Assembly: GCF_006345805.1 (NCBI RefSeq)
Contig: NC_043001.1
Location: 118,048,001-118,112,000, forward strand
Reading direction: 5' to 3'
Source of the DNA: Octopus sinensis
Taxonomy: Eukaryota
Length of the DNA: 64,000 bases
Position numbers and translations under genes: made by a program
In this document: piece after piece, positions 13,375-24,939 of the stretch
Position numbering within the stretch: the first letter of the stretch is position 1
How the letters are laid out: each line of letters begins with the position of its first letter
The notes under the pieces: model-generated
Databases searched by the model: none
Seen by the model: only the letters and a program-made list of their open reading frames with translations
What the model was told of the DNA's origin: nothing

Positions 13375-13797
13375 TATGGCATAGTGGTCAACAGCGCGGG
13401 CTACCAACCCCAAGATTCCAAGTTCGATTCCAAGCAGAGACATGAACACTAACATAAAGTGCCCTGCCCAATTCAAGATCACAGCATACATGTACACTGC
13501 AACATAATTTCTTTTCCTCAACAGGCCCTGCCCTATTTAACATTGTCCCAAAAGAGATCAAAGAGGAAAAGGATCCCATCAACTTTAAAAGTCTGGATAG
13601 ATTCCTTCAAGGAATACCAGATAAGCCACCCATAATTGGATACAACTCACCCAACAAAAACTCACTACTTGAATGGACCATAAACAAAACTTGACTTAAA
13701 CAGGATTCAAATAATCCTATCAGGTGGTGCTATTAAGTTAGACATGGCCTGGACTAATCATTGGTCGAAACATATCTAAGTTTATCCAAGTTTAAGT
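13375..13797 (+). mobile_element. Chimeric SINE: tRNA-like head fused to a CR1/L2-group LINE 3' end
   Basis: Head TGGCATAGTGG...GGCTACCAACCCCAAGATTCCAAGTTCGATTCC; body reads GPALFNIVPKEIKEEKDPINF...LDRFLQGIPDKPP...NKNSLLEW, a typical RT C-terminus. Confidence 0.65.
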
Positions 13798-13812
13798 TTT
13801 ATATATGCATCC

Positions 13813-13852
<40 letters not shown>

Positions 13853-13855
13853 GGA

Positions 13856-13891
<36 letters not shown>

Positions 13892-13961
13892 TCCATACAT
13901 ACATATGAATCCATACATACATATGAATCCATACATATATATGAATCCATACATATATATA

Positions 13962-14003
<42 letters not shown>

Positions 14004-14597
14004 TTCCTGAAGCATGGTCTCATATATTAAGTATATAAAATCTTTTTTTAATCCCAAAACAGTGCAAGCTGAAAAATTTTAAATACATGCCAATACCTGA
14101 TATTTCAATATTTCAAGGTTATGACCCCTTCTCAAGAAATCTACAGATTCTGCCTATAGTTTGTATCTATATACACAATGCAGAGCAGAGAAACCAGCTA
14201 CTAACTTCTTTTCTCTGTAGATTTGTGAAATACTGAAATACTGTTAAAAAGTAGTCACCATTGATGAGTATTTGTAATTTCTTTTAACTTTCATTGTGTG
14301 GCTTTGCAAAATGTATTCAAGACATTGGTGTGTGTGTGTGTGTGACACATACAGACAGGATATATACACCAACAAATATAAATGCATAGACTCAGGTTTT
14401 CATACACAAACTTCACATTCATATGTATCGTGCTCAAACAAACATTTCTTTTCAGATTCCATAGTAACATGCTCAAAATGTATCCATCACCTAAACACTT
14501 TGATTGATATATTATATCCATGTTTTATATACTTATTCATATAGTTGCTCTAGCATTCAAGCTAAATGACTTCATTCATAGAGATATATAGGTAGAT

Positions 14598-14617
14598 AGA
14601 TAGAGAGAGAGAAAGAT

Positions 14618-14682
<65 letters not shown>

Positions 14683-14722
14683 CAGACAGATAGATAGACA
14701 GATAGATAGATAGATAGATAGA
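14598..14722. repeat. (GATA)n microsatellite
   Basis: Directly visible, with GACA variants. Confidence 0.95.
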
Positions 14723-14839
14723 GTCAAACTGACACCACATAGGGTGATACTGGTCTGCACTGGCAAGACGTATGTTATATAGGAAGATCGATAAAAGAGG
14801 TACAATGAACTTGCTTTAAGGAGTGGAAAATCCAATGTT

Positions 14840-15900
14840 TAAAACATTGCCCTTCTTCAGAGAAAATTTGAAAGGAGAAAAATAAAAGAAAATCCCTGAA
14901 GTTAAAATAAAACTGGCTGCAACTGATAAGGAACACAGGACCACATGAGCTTGATATGCAAATAAGTGATGGAAGAGACAATATAAGAAGAAAAAAGGAA
15001 AGAGAGGGGAAGCAGACAGTCAAAAGTGAGGTGAAGGAAATGAAGGAAAAGAAAGGATTTAACCCTGAAGCATTTAAAGCAGCCAAATCTGGCAAAAATA
15101 ATCTGTTTTATCTTCAAACTGGCCAGATCCAGTCTCTCACACTTACTTTACTTTATTCTAAAAATAAACAATCACATCATTGAAATCTAAAAGCTGCAAA
15201 GGAATGCACAACAAATTCAAACCAATGTGAATAAATAAGCATTACATGTGACACAGAAATCTGAATGCAAAAAGATAATAAACTAAAAATAGATGTAAGA
15301 TTCGAAAGAAAAAAAAATGTTTATTTAGACCCGTTAGTGACATAGTGCAAAGTTAGAATATGAAATGTTGCTCCCTTTGTTTCCTCAAGAATGTGGATCC
15401 ATGGTGTGTGGTGATACTGCAGAATGAAAAGTGAGTGATGGAATGGCCTGTAGTGTTGAAGTGGGGAGTAAGAAGTTGGCCTGATATGCATAACAATATG
15501 CTGCTTCGATTATGCTACTGATAGTGATCAGCAAGACATCTACCCATTTTCAATGTAAAGGGAACTGCAGAGTTTGCATATGATGAAATAGATAAGGTTA
15601 GATGATGTGCAACAGAAGTTCTGAGTAATAATACAATAAAGCATCTTAGTAATACGACAATGCCCACTGATGGTAGCAGTATTGTTAATGCAGTTGTCAG
15701 CGCACACATTTAAAAGTGCTTGATTGCTTAGGGTAGATGCTGTAGAGCTCCTCACTAGGAGATTTCTAAGGTTTTTATCTTTTTTTTGAGGGCAAGGAGA
15801 AGTGTGTTCCTTACCAGGTGTAGCCAGTTTTCTTTTAACTCTACTCTCTCTCATTTAGCTCTCTCCTTTCAAATTTTCTCTGAGGACAAGTTCACTGTAC
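14840..15900 (-). mobile_element. Penelope-like element 3' fragment (GIY-YIG endonuclease)
   Basis: KDKNLRNLLVRS...FCCTSSNLIYFIICKLCSSLYI..GRCLADH...HFNTTGHSI...RKQREQHFIF. The motif CTCCTTTCAAATTTTCTCTGA occurs inverted at ~14855 and ~15870, as for a Penelope inverted partial LTR. Confidence 0.75.
15059..15278. mobile_element. piggyBac-like MITE (degenerate copy), inserted in the Penelope-like element
   Basis: TTAACCCT start and internal sequence shared with 40740 and 59026. Confidence 0.7.
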
Positions 15901-16058
15901 TTTTCTTATCAATTTTAATACACACACACACATATATATATATATGTGCGCACATGCATATTCACATGTGGTAGAATACCCCATTATACAATATACATTG
16001 TATGATTCCTGCCTAATTAAATAATAATTGTCACACACACACACTCATATATATATAT

Positions 16059-16105
<47 letters not shown>

Positions 16106-16559
16106 GATAGAGAGAGAGGCACAGGCTAATAGACACACAGAAAATGCAAGAGACGAAAAAGAACATAAAAAAATTATAAAATATCTGAAATTTTTTTATA
16201 TAATATATATCAAATATTTTCTTTAAAAAAAAAAAGTGATCAAATGTTTAAAGGCAAAAGGGAAAAAAAATTAAAAGAAAAATTATAAAGGGTTTCTTCA
16301 AAAAATGTCTTAATTTCATAAAAATTATAAAACACACAAAAGCAACAAATCACAACTTGGCTAATATTAATTGAATAAATTGATGAAATACAAACACTTT
16401 GTTTTTCAAATAATATAAGAACCCTATATAAATAAGAATATTTCAGCACAAAATTTTGTTAAGTAGTATAATGACTCTTCAAAGTATATAATTGCATCAT
16501 CTAACTTTGATTATGCCCAATAGTTCGAATATATAAAGTATACCAATAATAAAGGCTTC

Positions 16560-16730
16560 TGACTTAGGCACAAGACCAGCAATTTTGAGAGCAGGGGTAA
16601 AGTTGTTTGATATGATTGACCTCAGCACTGGACCAGTACTTTATTTTATCAATCCTGAAAGTATGAAAGGCAAGTTGACCTTGGCAAGACTTGAACTCAA
16701 TACTGATAATAGGAAAAATACCCATTATAT
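16560..16730 (-). mobile_element. MetaSINE-like fragment
   Basis: Reverse of GTCAACTTGCCTTTCAT...GATAAAATAAAGTAC; homologous to 30663-30893. Confidence 0.6.
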
Positions 16731-17552
16731 TTACAGACCTCACCCCCAAAGGTGTGAGGTTAATGTGACTGATACTACCCAGCTTGAACAAACGCTAGTC
16801 TAGGTCTATTGGAAAAACATAAGTAGATTGGGAACCGGAGGTTGATAGCGAAGATCTCACATAGAGACAATACAGTTACTCTACATTTGTAAATAATACT
16901 TTCAATAGTGAAACTAAAACAACCTACCTGACATGAAATGAGACCCTAACAACGAAAGTACTTCCAATTTACATTTCTATTACAAATATACACCAATTGA
17001 TAATATATATCTGGGTTGTGTATTCACATATGCAAATAAAATATATGTATATACTAATATTTATACACTTACAAATGCATATAACATGCATTATATTCAT
17101 ACATGTTCGCTGTATAGGCATGTGCATGTATGTGTGTGTGTATTATAAACACACATACTAAAGGCAACTTCTGGATTTTCAGTTAGTGTGTAACTAATGT
17201 TCCTACAGGGAACATTTCCATTACTACACATTCCAGTAGCCACATTAACAAGAGTGCTGCCTTGATTCCCAGATCCCTTCTTTTTTAATATATATATATA
17301 TGATACAATGCAATATGGAACCATCTCAGTTATAAAATTCATAGATTCAATATAAAGATCAAGATTCTTTTGATATCATACAAACAATGCCCATTTTTAA
17401 CAGATGTGAGGATATAGTATAATTTGAACCCTCACAACAAAACTGGGTACTTACAATTATCTGCACCATCTCTGCCCTCGCTTGTACAATGCTTTCTGGC
17501 CATCTTCATATATATATATATATATATACATACATACACACACACACACATG

Positions 17553-17600
<48 letters not shown>

Positions 17601-17624
17601 CACACACACAAATATATAAACTTG

Positions 17625-17665
<41 letters not shown>

Positions 17666-19099
17666 TCGCAAACATATGAATTACTACAATTTTCAACTTA
17701 GATATTGGCAATACTAATCAGAAACAAAAGCAGTCCCATCAGTAGCCTATTTCTTGTTTCTATTTCAAACTGGCTGACAATTTACATGCATACACACATA
17801 AATATGTTTGCATGTACACACACAGTCTCATACAAGTGCTTAAAACCAGACCCTGGACAAGAGATGCATTACTTTCAAAACCAGATTCCAACCCAATCAA
17901 AATAAGAGCTCCAGTGAATCTGGTACTCATTTCCAATAGACATGTAAACTGAGTAATATAAGATACAACTGTCTTGTCTTGACAATGCCTGGGATGACTG
18001 TTAACTCACTCATGAATTGGGAGCTTAATGTTATCTACTGAGCCAATGTATGTCTGCATATATACACATACTACACACATATACTGAACTGTGATATATA
18101 AGTTTTCAATTATATACTTGTTATCTTGAGATAAATAATATTAACTGTATCCTGTAATAGCAGAATTAATGAAATAGATAATTGTTTTCAAATTTAAAAG
18201 GATACTAAAAATAAAGAGGAATTACCAATTGAAAAGAAATAAATATTTGTAAAAACTGAATAAAGGAAGATATAAAATGTAGGGAAAAAATGAAAATACT
18301 GAAACAAAAATATATAAGCAAGAATTGAACTTGTATATGTGTGTGTTTGTGTAGGTTGTGAATGTTTTGTGTGAGTGAGGAGCAATTTACTGTTGTGCAA
18401 TGCCACTTAGCTGTATTCAAGTAATTTTATAAAATGAAAGTAACTGATCAAAAAAAAAAAACTTCAATCAGGAATGTTGCAACCAACTTATAGCAGACAG
18501 GGTTTAAAATTTAGGACTTAAAACAAAAAAATACAAGTAGTTATTTTAATACTAAAACAGAGAATACTGAAAGATCTCGTCAAGTGAGCAGACTTTTCAT
18601 CAAGCGTCTCTGCCTTGAACAGTCAATAGCATTGTTTTGTTTTGTTTTCAAATATAATGTATATAGAATTGTGATTTGATAATGATTTGGCAGCTATGTG
18701 AAACCAGTTGTCCAAGTGCATAAAAGCCCTGTCATTGGCTCATATATTTTAGGAGTTCCCCAAATAGGTACAATGATTTCATACAAGCTTTATTGAGGGA
18801 AGGGTGTACATTGGCTTCTTCAGGAAATAGGGAAGTATTCATTAGCCTTTTAGAGACTCTTAGACTCTTCGGAGGACAAAAGGAAGTTATCCTCAGACTG
18901 AAAATCTCCAACTGGATGCCAATGAAGGCAAACAAGTATTATGTTCTTGCCCTAAATGAGTTTATGTTGAATTTATACACGCCAATTGTGTATCTAATTT
19001 TTAAAATTATACGAATGGTGTGTGTATGCATGAGTTTGTATATATAGTCTTGTGTACAAGATTCTATGTAGATCTCAGCACTGCATTGTGTAAGTACCA

Positions 19100-19154
<55 letters not shown>

Positions 19155-21876
19155 GTATATATATATGGGCTGGTGCGTGTATTTTTGCATGTAATGGACA
19201 TTTATTTGAATATATTTGTGTATCACATAAATAATAAAATGCATATATAAAAGCAATCATTATAATATATAAATAGACATCATATACATATATATATACA
19301 TATATATATAAACATACATATACACACACACACACCACACACATACATCATACATACATACATACACACACATATATGCATGCATACATATACATATGTA
19401 TGTATATACCTTTATATATATATATATATATATATAATGTATAGAAAATATAAAATTTCATTATTATAATCATATGAAAATGTAGTTTTCAGACACGCAC
19501 TTTTTTTTTAGCCGTGATTTCCCTGGATTCCTCCGTGTTGTCACTGTACGACTGTGCTGTAGATCCCCTCATTGGTAACCACTTCACAGGGAAGAGAGAG
19601 ATGATGGCATTAGGTAAGTTGTCACATCAACAAAGTTACAGCATTCAGAAAACCTGCTAACAGCAGGGACTACATTAACTCAATGAAATGACAATAGTTT
19701 GCCTTCAAAAAATGAGAAAATTGCAGTCAATATAAAAACAAAAATTAACAGAAAATGTTGAAATTATCCTTTTATAACATCCTCACTGACTGAACACATT
19801 GAAACAAAGTTTATTTACGTAATAAAAGAAAATTGCTCAGAAGGATTTACTTAGTATAGTGTTATCTGCATTATAAAAGCCAGAATTTAGAGCTCTTTGT
19901 TTACTGCTGCAAGTGCATTTTGGCTAGTGCAAAGCTTTAGTATAAGTCTAAGTATGGGGTAGTAGCTTTCTTTTTTTTTTCGTATTCATTCTTACAAACT
20001 TATAGAATTTAAGAGAAAATGGTAAAATATAAATCTTACAAGCATTCTTTAAACCAAATCAATTCAATGCTATAGATAATAATTATGTCCCTGCTTCCAC
20101 ACTTGCAGAATCTGAAGCTTTTGCTTGTTCATCTTTATCACAATATGGTAACATTGTAATCAAGGTAGGTAAATGAATATTTTTCTTGCAACAATGATTT
20201 AAAAATTCTAAATAAAAGGAACAACTCAAACTGAAATTATAGATGGAAATTCCTATAGTCATATGACAGTCAAAAGAACCTAATGTATTTGCCAATGGCT
20301 CCAAAGGTTCTGCAGCTGAGAGGGGCTCTATAATGATACATCAAAATAATTCAAAAGAAGAATTGAATATATTAAGTTAGTGCTCTACTCAGGTTCTAGT
20401 TATAATATAACAAGGCATAAATATAATCATCAGATATTCAGCTAAACTGTGTATTTTTACATTTGCAGGAAGAGCTTCCAGAACTCTACTGAATTACAGG
20501 AAATCCAATTCAATAAAGTCATAGTCAAATATTAACAATTTCTTAAGTACAAGAGTACAAATGAATATGATGATATCAATGTCTTTACTCCATGATATTG
20601 ACAGTCTAATTGAAGTAAAAGAGCCTCAACCATATAGTATAATCAGCTTGTCAACTATTAAGAGCTTACATTTTTACCATGCTGCATTTCATGATAAAGA
20701 TGTTAATTTTCTACTACTTCCGATCTATTGTTTATTGCATCTTTTAGATATAACTGGTATGAGAAGAACTGAATTTGCTAATACTTTTCATGACAAGAAA
20801 CCCCATCATTTCAGTTTATATATATATAACATGGCAGTTAAGTAAGAGTAAGACAGAAATCTATCCCTATCATTATTGAGATTTCAATCACTCCACAGAA
20901 ATACTTACTTTCATATACTTCAGCTGGTCACTTTGATTAAAAATTGAATGCAGCAATGAAATAAAAACAAACTTTATAGCTGTTCACTACCCTTCAGCTG
21001 GACAATGTTCAGTTCTAAGGGTAGCACTGAAGCTTCTTTTTTTATTTAGCTAGAATATTATATATCAATTAAATAATTACAAAAAGGAAAAATACAAAAA
21101 CTAAAACAAAATAAAAATAACGACAGTATTAAAATGTTACCTGTGCTTTAATTTCTACTTCCTTTTCCAGAAACATATTTAATAAACCAGCTAATTTAAA
21201 CATTTCTCATTAGCTACTTTGTGCTTCAGTAGAAGTCACTTGAACCTAAGTCAGCTCTGATCAAGCAGGTCTAACATTCAAAGATGTCCCAGTCGTAATC
21301 ATTTAGTATTCTTTCAGGTGTAGTGTCTAATATAACATCATCCAATATATATGTTTTTTAAGACAGTAGGATGTGATTAAAGAGAGATTTGGCTGCTACT
21401 TTTAACAGGTCAAGCAACTATGTAAAGGCTTTCTAATTGCTTAGACTCTCTTGACTGTTGTTATATAATCTGCCAATCCAAAAGTATACAACAATAATTC
21501 TGCTAAATTTAAGTTCAATGCATACATTTAATTAAATAACAAATACAATTATAATACACTCAAACTAATAACACTTTTAGGGGTTTTTTTCATTTGATAA
21601 ACTATCATCAAACATAATAACAGGTCTATAATTAGTTAGCAATATCAAAAACTATTAAATTGCAAAGTTATATACAAAAACATTAACTCCCCAACAAATC
21701 TATTTCCTTCTGAATAACATGGGAGAAGCATGATGTTTCAAAATAAAAAGAATACTAATACATTTTACACAATACAAAAATAAGTTTAAATACTTCACTA
21801 AAAGTTGTTATTCATAAAATTCTTTGCTTGCATGTTTCTACTTCTAATTGAAGCCTCACTAGTTTCCGTGTAGCAA

Positions 21877-21908
<32 letters not shown>

Positions 21909-22249
21909 TACAACTCAGCCATCACTCCCAAATGAGTATGACTTGGTAGCAGCAAGCCCTATGCCTTCACTCCTGTATTAAATGTCTGTGTAGTTGCAAG
22001 AAGATGCAGTAACTCTCTCAATCCTCTCCTTAACTCAACGGAATGTCAAAAATATGACACATACAAGGTAGAATCACTAAAATACTGGATAAAACTACCT
22101 AGCACGATGTTTTGACTTTGTGAACTGTGTTAAAAACCTGCCAATATCACATCTGCTTTTCATCATTTTAGGATTGGTAAAAAGTAATATTCAAAAGATT
22201 AATAGAAGTGAGTGGTGAAAGACATCTGCCAGTATCTATTTTGACCTTC

Positions 22250-22450
22250 GACATTCTAAGAGCAATGCTTGCAACAACACTGATGCCAAGCTGTATTGGG
22301 CCTGGCACAGTAACTTTTCTTTGGACAACATCACTGGTATCAAGAAGGAGACTTACAGGCATGGGCAACTGTTAGTCTTCCACAAAAAAACCCTGCCCAG
22401 CTTGTCCATACTAGTGTAGAAACATGATCAACCCTGACCGACAGAGACCC
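22250..22450 (+). mobile_element. Degenerate SINE body (family of 9043)
   Basis: GATGCCAAGCTGTATTGG...GGACAACATC...GCATGGGCAACTGTTAGTCTTCCA. Confidence 0.6.
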
Positions 22451-22489
22451 CCCACCACCAACATATACATACAAACATATATATATATA

Positions 22490-22708
22490 TATATTCTTTT
22501 ACTTTTTTACTTGTTTCAGTCATTTGACTGTGGCCATGCTGGAGCACCACCGTTAGTCAAGCAAATCGACTTCAGGACTTACTCTTTGTAAGCCTAGCAC
22601 TTATTCCATTGGTCTCTTTTGCCTAACCGCTAAGTTATGGGGACATAAACACACTAGCATCAGTTGTCAAGCGATGTTGGGGGTACAAACACAGACACAC
22701 AAACATAT

Positions 22709-22753
<45 letters not shown>

Positions 22754-22917
22754 TATACGACGGGCTTCTTTCAGTTTCCGTCTACCAAATCCACTCACAA
22801 GGCTTTGGTCGGCCTGAGGCTATAGTAGAAGACACTTGCCCAAGGTGCCACGCAGTGGGACTGAACCCATGACCATGTGGTTGGTAAGCAAGCTACTTAC
22901 CACACACCCACTCCTAT
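22490..22917 (-). mobile_element. Composite tRNA/CORE-like SINE with internal (TA/CA)n
   Basis: Minus strand: tRNA-like head GTGTGGTAAGTAGCTTGC...GGTTCAGTCCC, then CCTTGGGCAAGTGTCTTCTACTATAG, microsatellite, and 3' module ending GCTCCAGCATGGCCACAGTCAAATGACTGAAACAAGTAAAA. Confidence 0.8.
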
Positions 22918-23141
22918 ATATACACACACACACACAAGCATATATGTCACACTACCCATGAATATTCTAAAACTATGATTTAAAGGATTGCATTGAATTG
23001 TTGTAAATGTTTTTCAGAGACGACCTACAGTGATGCGTAGACCACCACTTCAACTGCAAGCAATTTCAAGATCAATAGTTAAAGAACACCTGTGTATACC
23101 TTACAGCTTGATGGCAATGTTTAGAATAAATTTGTTCTTAC

Positions 23142-23205
23142 TTCAGTTAGCAGTCTTTTCAGTCCATCAACTTGGTCTTCATTTGGATTTAGTTCTCCAC
23201 CTGGC
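23142..23205 (-). CDS. NUDT21: Cleavage factor Im 25 kDa subunit (CPSF5), coding exon 3
   Basis: tttttacctgcag|G CCA GGT...ACT GAA|gtaaga; 64 nt encoding (L)PGGELNPNEDQVDGLKRLLTE, the Nudix-box region of CFIm25; phase matches exon 2. Confidence 0.95.
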
Positions 23206-23834
23206 CTGCAGGTAAAAATGTAAGCTGATGTTAATTATGTCTTTAAAGCACAAGAGATAATTATTGTTCCTACATGGCATACGTAATGCTTATCATTAAG
23301 ATCACATCAATAAAACTGATATGATGACAAATTATGATGACCATATCAACATATCTGATACAGATATGGGAAAAAGAGATTAAGTTAATGTATATCTTGC
23401 AAAAAACATCTCTGATGTGATTCTTTCTTTGATATTTCATACTTTCAGAATTCAGAATCCTTTGAAAGATCAAACCACATTGAGTCAATATACTTATTGT
23501 CATGTCACAATGTAATTCATCCTCAACTGTAATTTAAAAAATATGTTTGTTATACAATGATATACAATGCAGGTGACTAATTCACAAAGGGATTTTACAT
23601 ACAAGGGGAAACACTTCAAACAGATTCTTATGGGAAATATTAATGGACCTTAATTGGTCTGCTTTATGCTTTGCCCAGAGAAGTCATAGAATATCTGTAC
23701 TAAATTGTCCACACTAACAAGGCAATTAAAACAAACACAAAAATAAAACAAAATGGTTCACATTTAGAGAACTAAAAAACAATCATCTTACCACAAGCAA
23801 ATATAAAAACATATATATACATATTATTTTCATA

Positions 23835-24216
23835 CTCTTTTACTCTTTTATTTGTTTCAGTCATTTGACTGCAGCCATGCTGGAGCACTGCATTTAGTCA
23901 GGCAAATTGACCCCAGGACTTATTCTTTGGAAGCCTAATACTTATGCTATCGGTCTCTTTTGCCAAACCACTAAGTTACGGGGACGTAAACACACCAGCA
24001 TCAGTTGTCAAGCGATGTTGGGGGGACAAACATATACACATACATATATACGACGGGCTTCTTTCAGTTTCCATCTATCAAATCCATTCACAAGGGTTTG
24101 GTCGGCCCGTTGCTATGGTAGAAGACACTTGCCTAAGGTGCTAAGCAATGGGACTGAATCCAGAAGCATGTGGTTGGTAAGCAAGCTACTTACCACACAG
24201 CCACTCCCACGCCTAT
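23835..24216 (-). mobile_element. Composite tRNA/CORE-like SINE (same family as 22490)
   Basis: Colinear with 22490-22917. Confidence 0.8.
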
Positions 24217-24230
24217 AAAAAGTGTGTGAC

Positions 24231-24334
24231 GCTTACAACACCTAGGTTTCCCAAGTAGTCACCCATCTAAGTACTCACTAGGCACAACATTGTTTAACTT
24301 TGGTGATCAGAGGAGAACCAGTGCTTTCAATGTG

Positions 24335-24338
<4 letters not shown>
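24231..24338 (-). pseudogene. 5S rRNA pseudogene, 5' ~10 nt missing
   Basis: Minus strand ATATCACATTGAAAGCACTGGTTCTCCTCTGATCACCAAAGTTAAACAATGTTGTGCCTAGTGAGTACTTAGATGGGTGACTACTTGGGAAACCTAGGTGTTGTAAGC aligns with metazoan 5S, with many CpG-type substitutions. Confidence 0.85.
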
Positions 24339-24382
<44 letters not shown>

Positions 24383-24479
24383 ATATGTATGTATATATGG
24401 ATATATATATATATGTGTATATGTATATATGGATATGTATGTGTACATATATATATGTATGTATGTATGTATGTGTATT

Positions 24480-24510
<31 letters not shown>

Positions 24511-24533
24511 GTGTATTTATATTATATATATAT

Positions 24534-24564
<31 letters not shown>

Positions 24565-24705
24565 GTACATATATATTCAAAGTTTTCCATAACTGGTCAT
24601 CTTCTGAAATCCGTCTTTTATCAGCAGAGGAAATGAAAATCGAGTAATATATATATATATATATATACATATGTATGTATATATATGTATAAATATATGT
24701 GTATG

Positions 24706-24765
<60 letters not shown>

Positions 24766-24939
24766 ATATATATGTGTGTATTTATATGTGTATATATGCT
24801 TAATATATATGTACTAGCAGTATAACTTTGAATTTATAACCTCGTCCATTCCTGTTTGTGTAGATCGTAACCCTAACCCCTAAAAACGGTGTAGTCTATG
24901 TAGGTTGTAGCCTAGTGTTTCTTTATGAATTCTGCCAAA

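Noticed and set aside
9181-14038. Many Y/I/C/H-rich ORFs in the track (also 17424-19344, 24290-24670, 30536-32701)
   Set aside because: Translations of (TA)n/(CA)n microsatellites, which lack stops in several frames.
17454-17510. Possible exon MARKHCTSEGRDGADN with gtaagt donor
   Set aside because: No acceptor tract (bounded by TA repeat) and no homology recognised.
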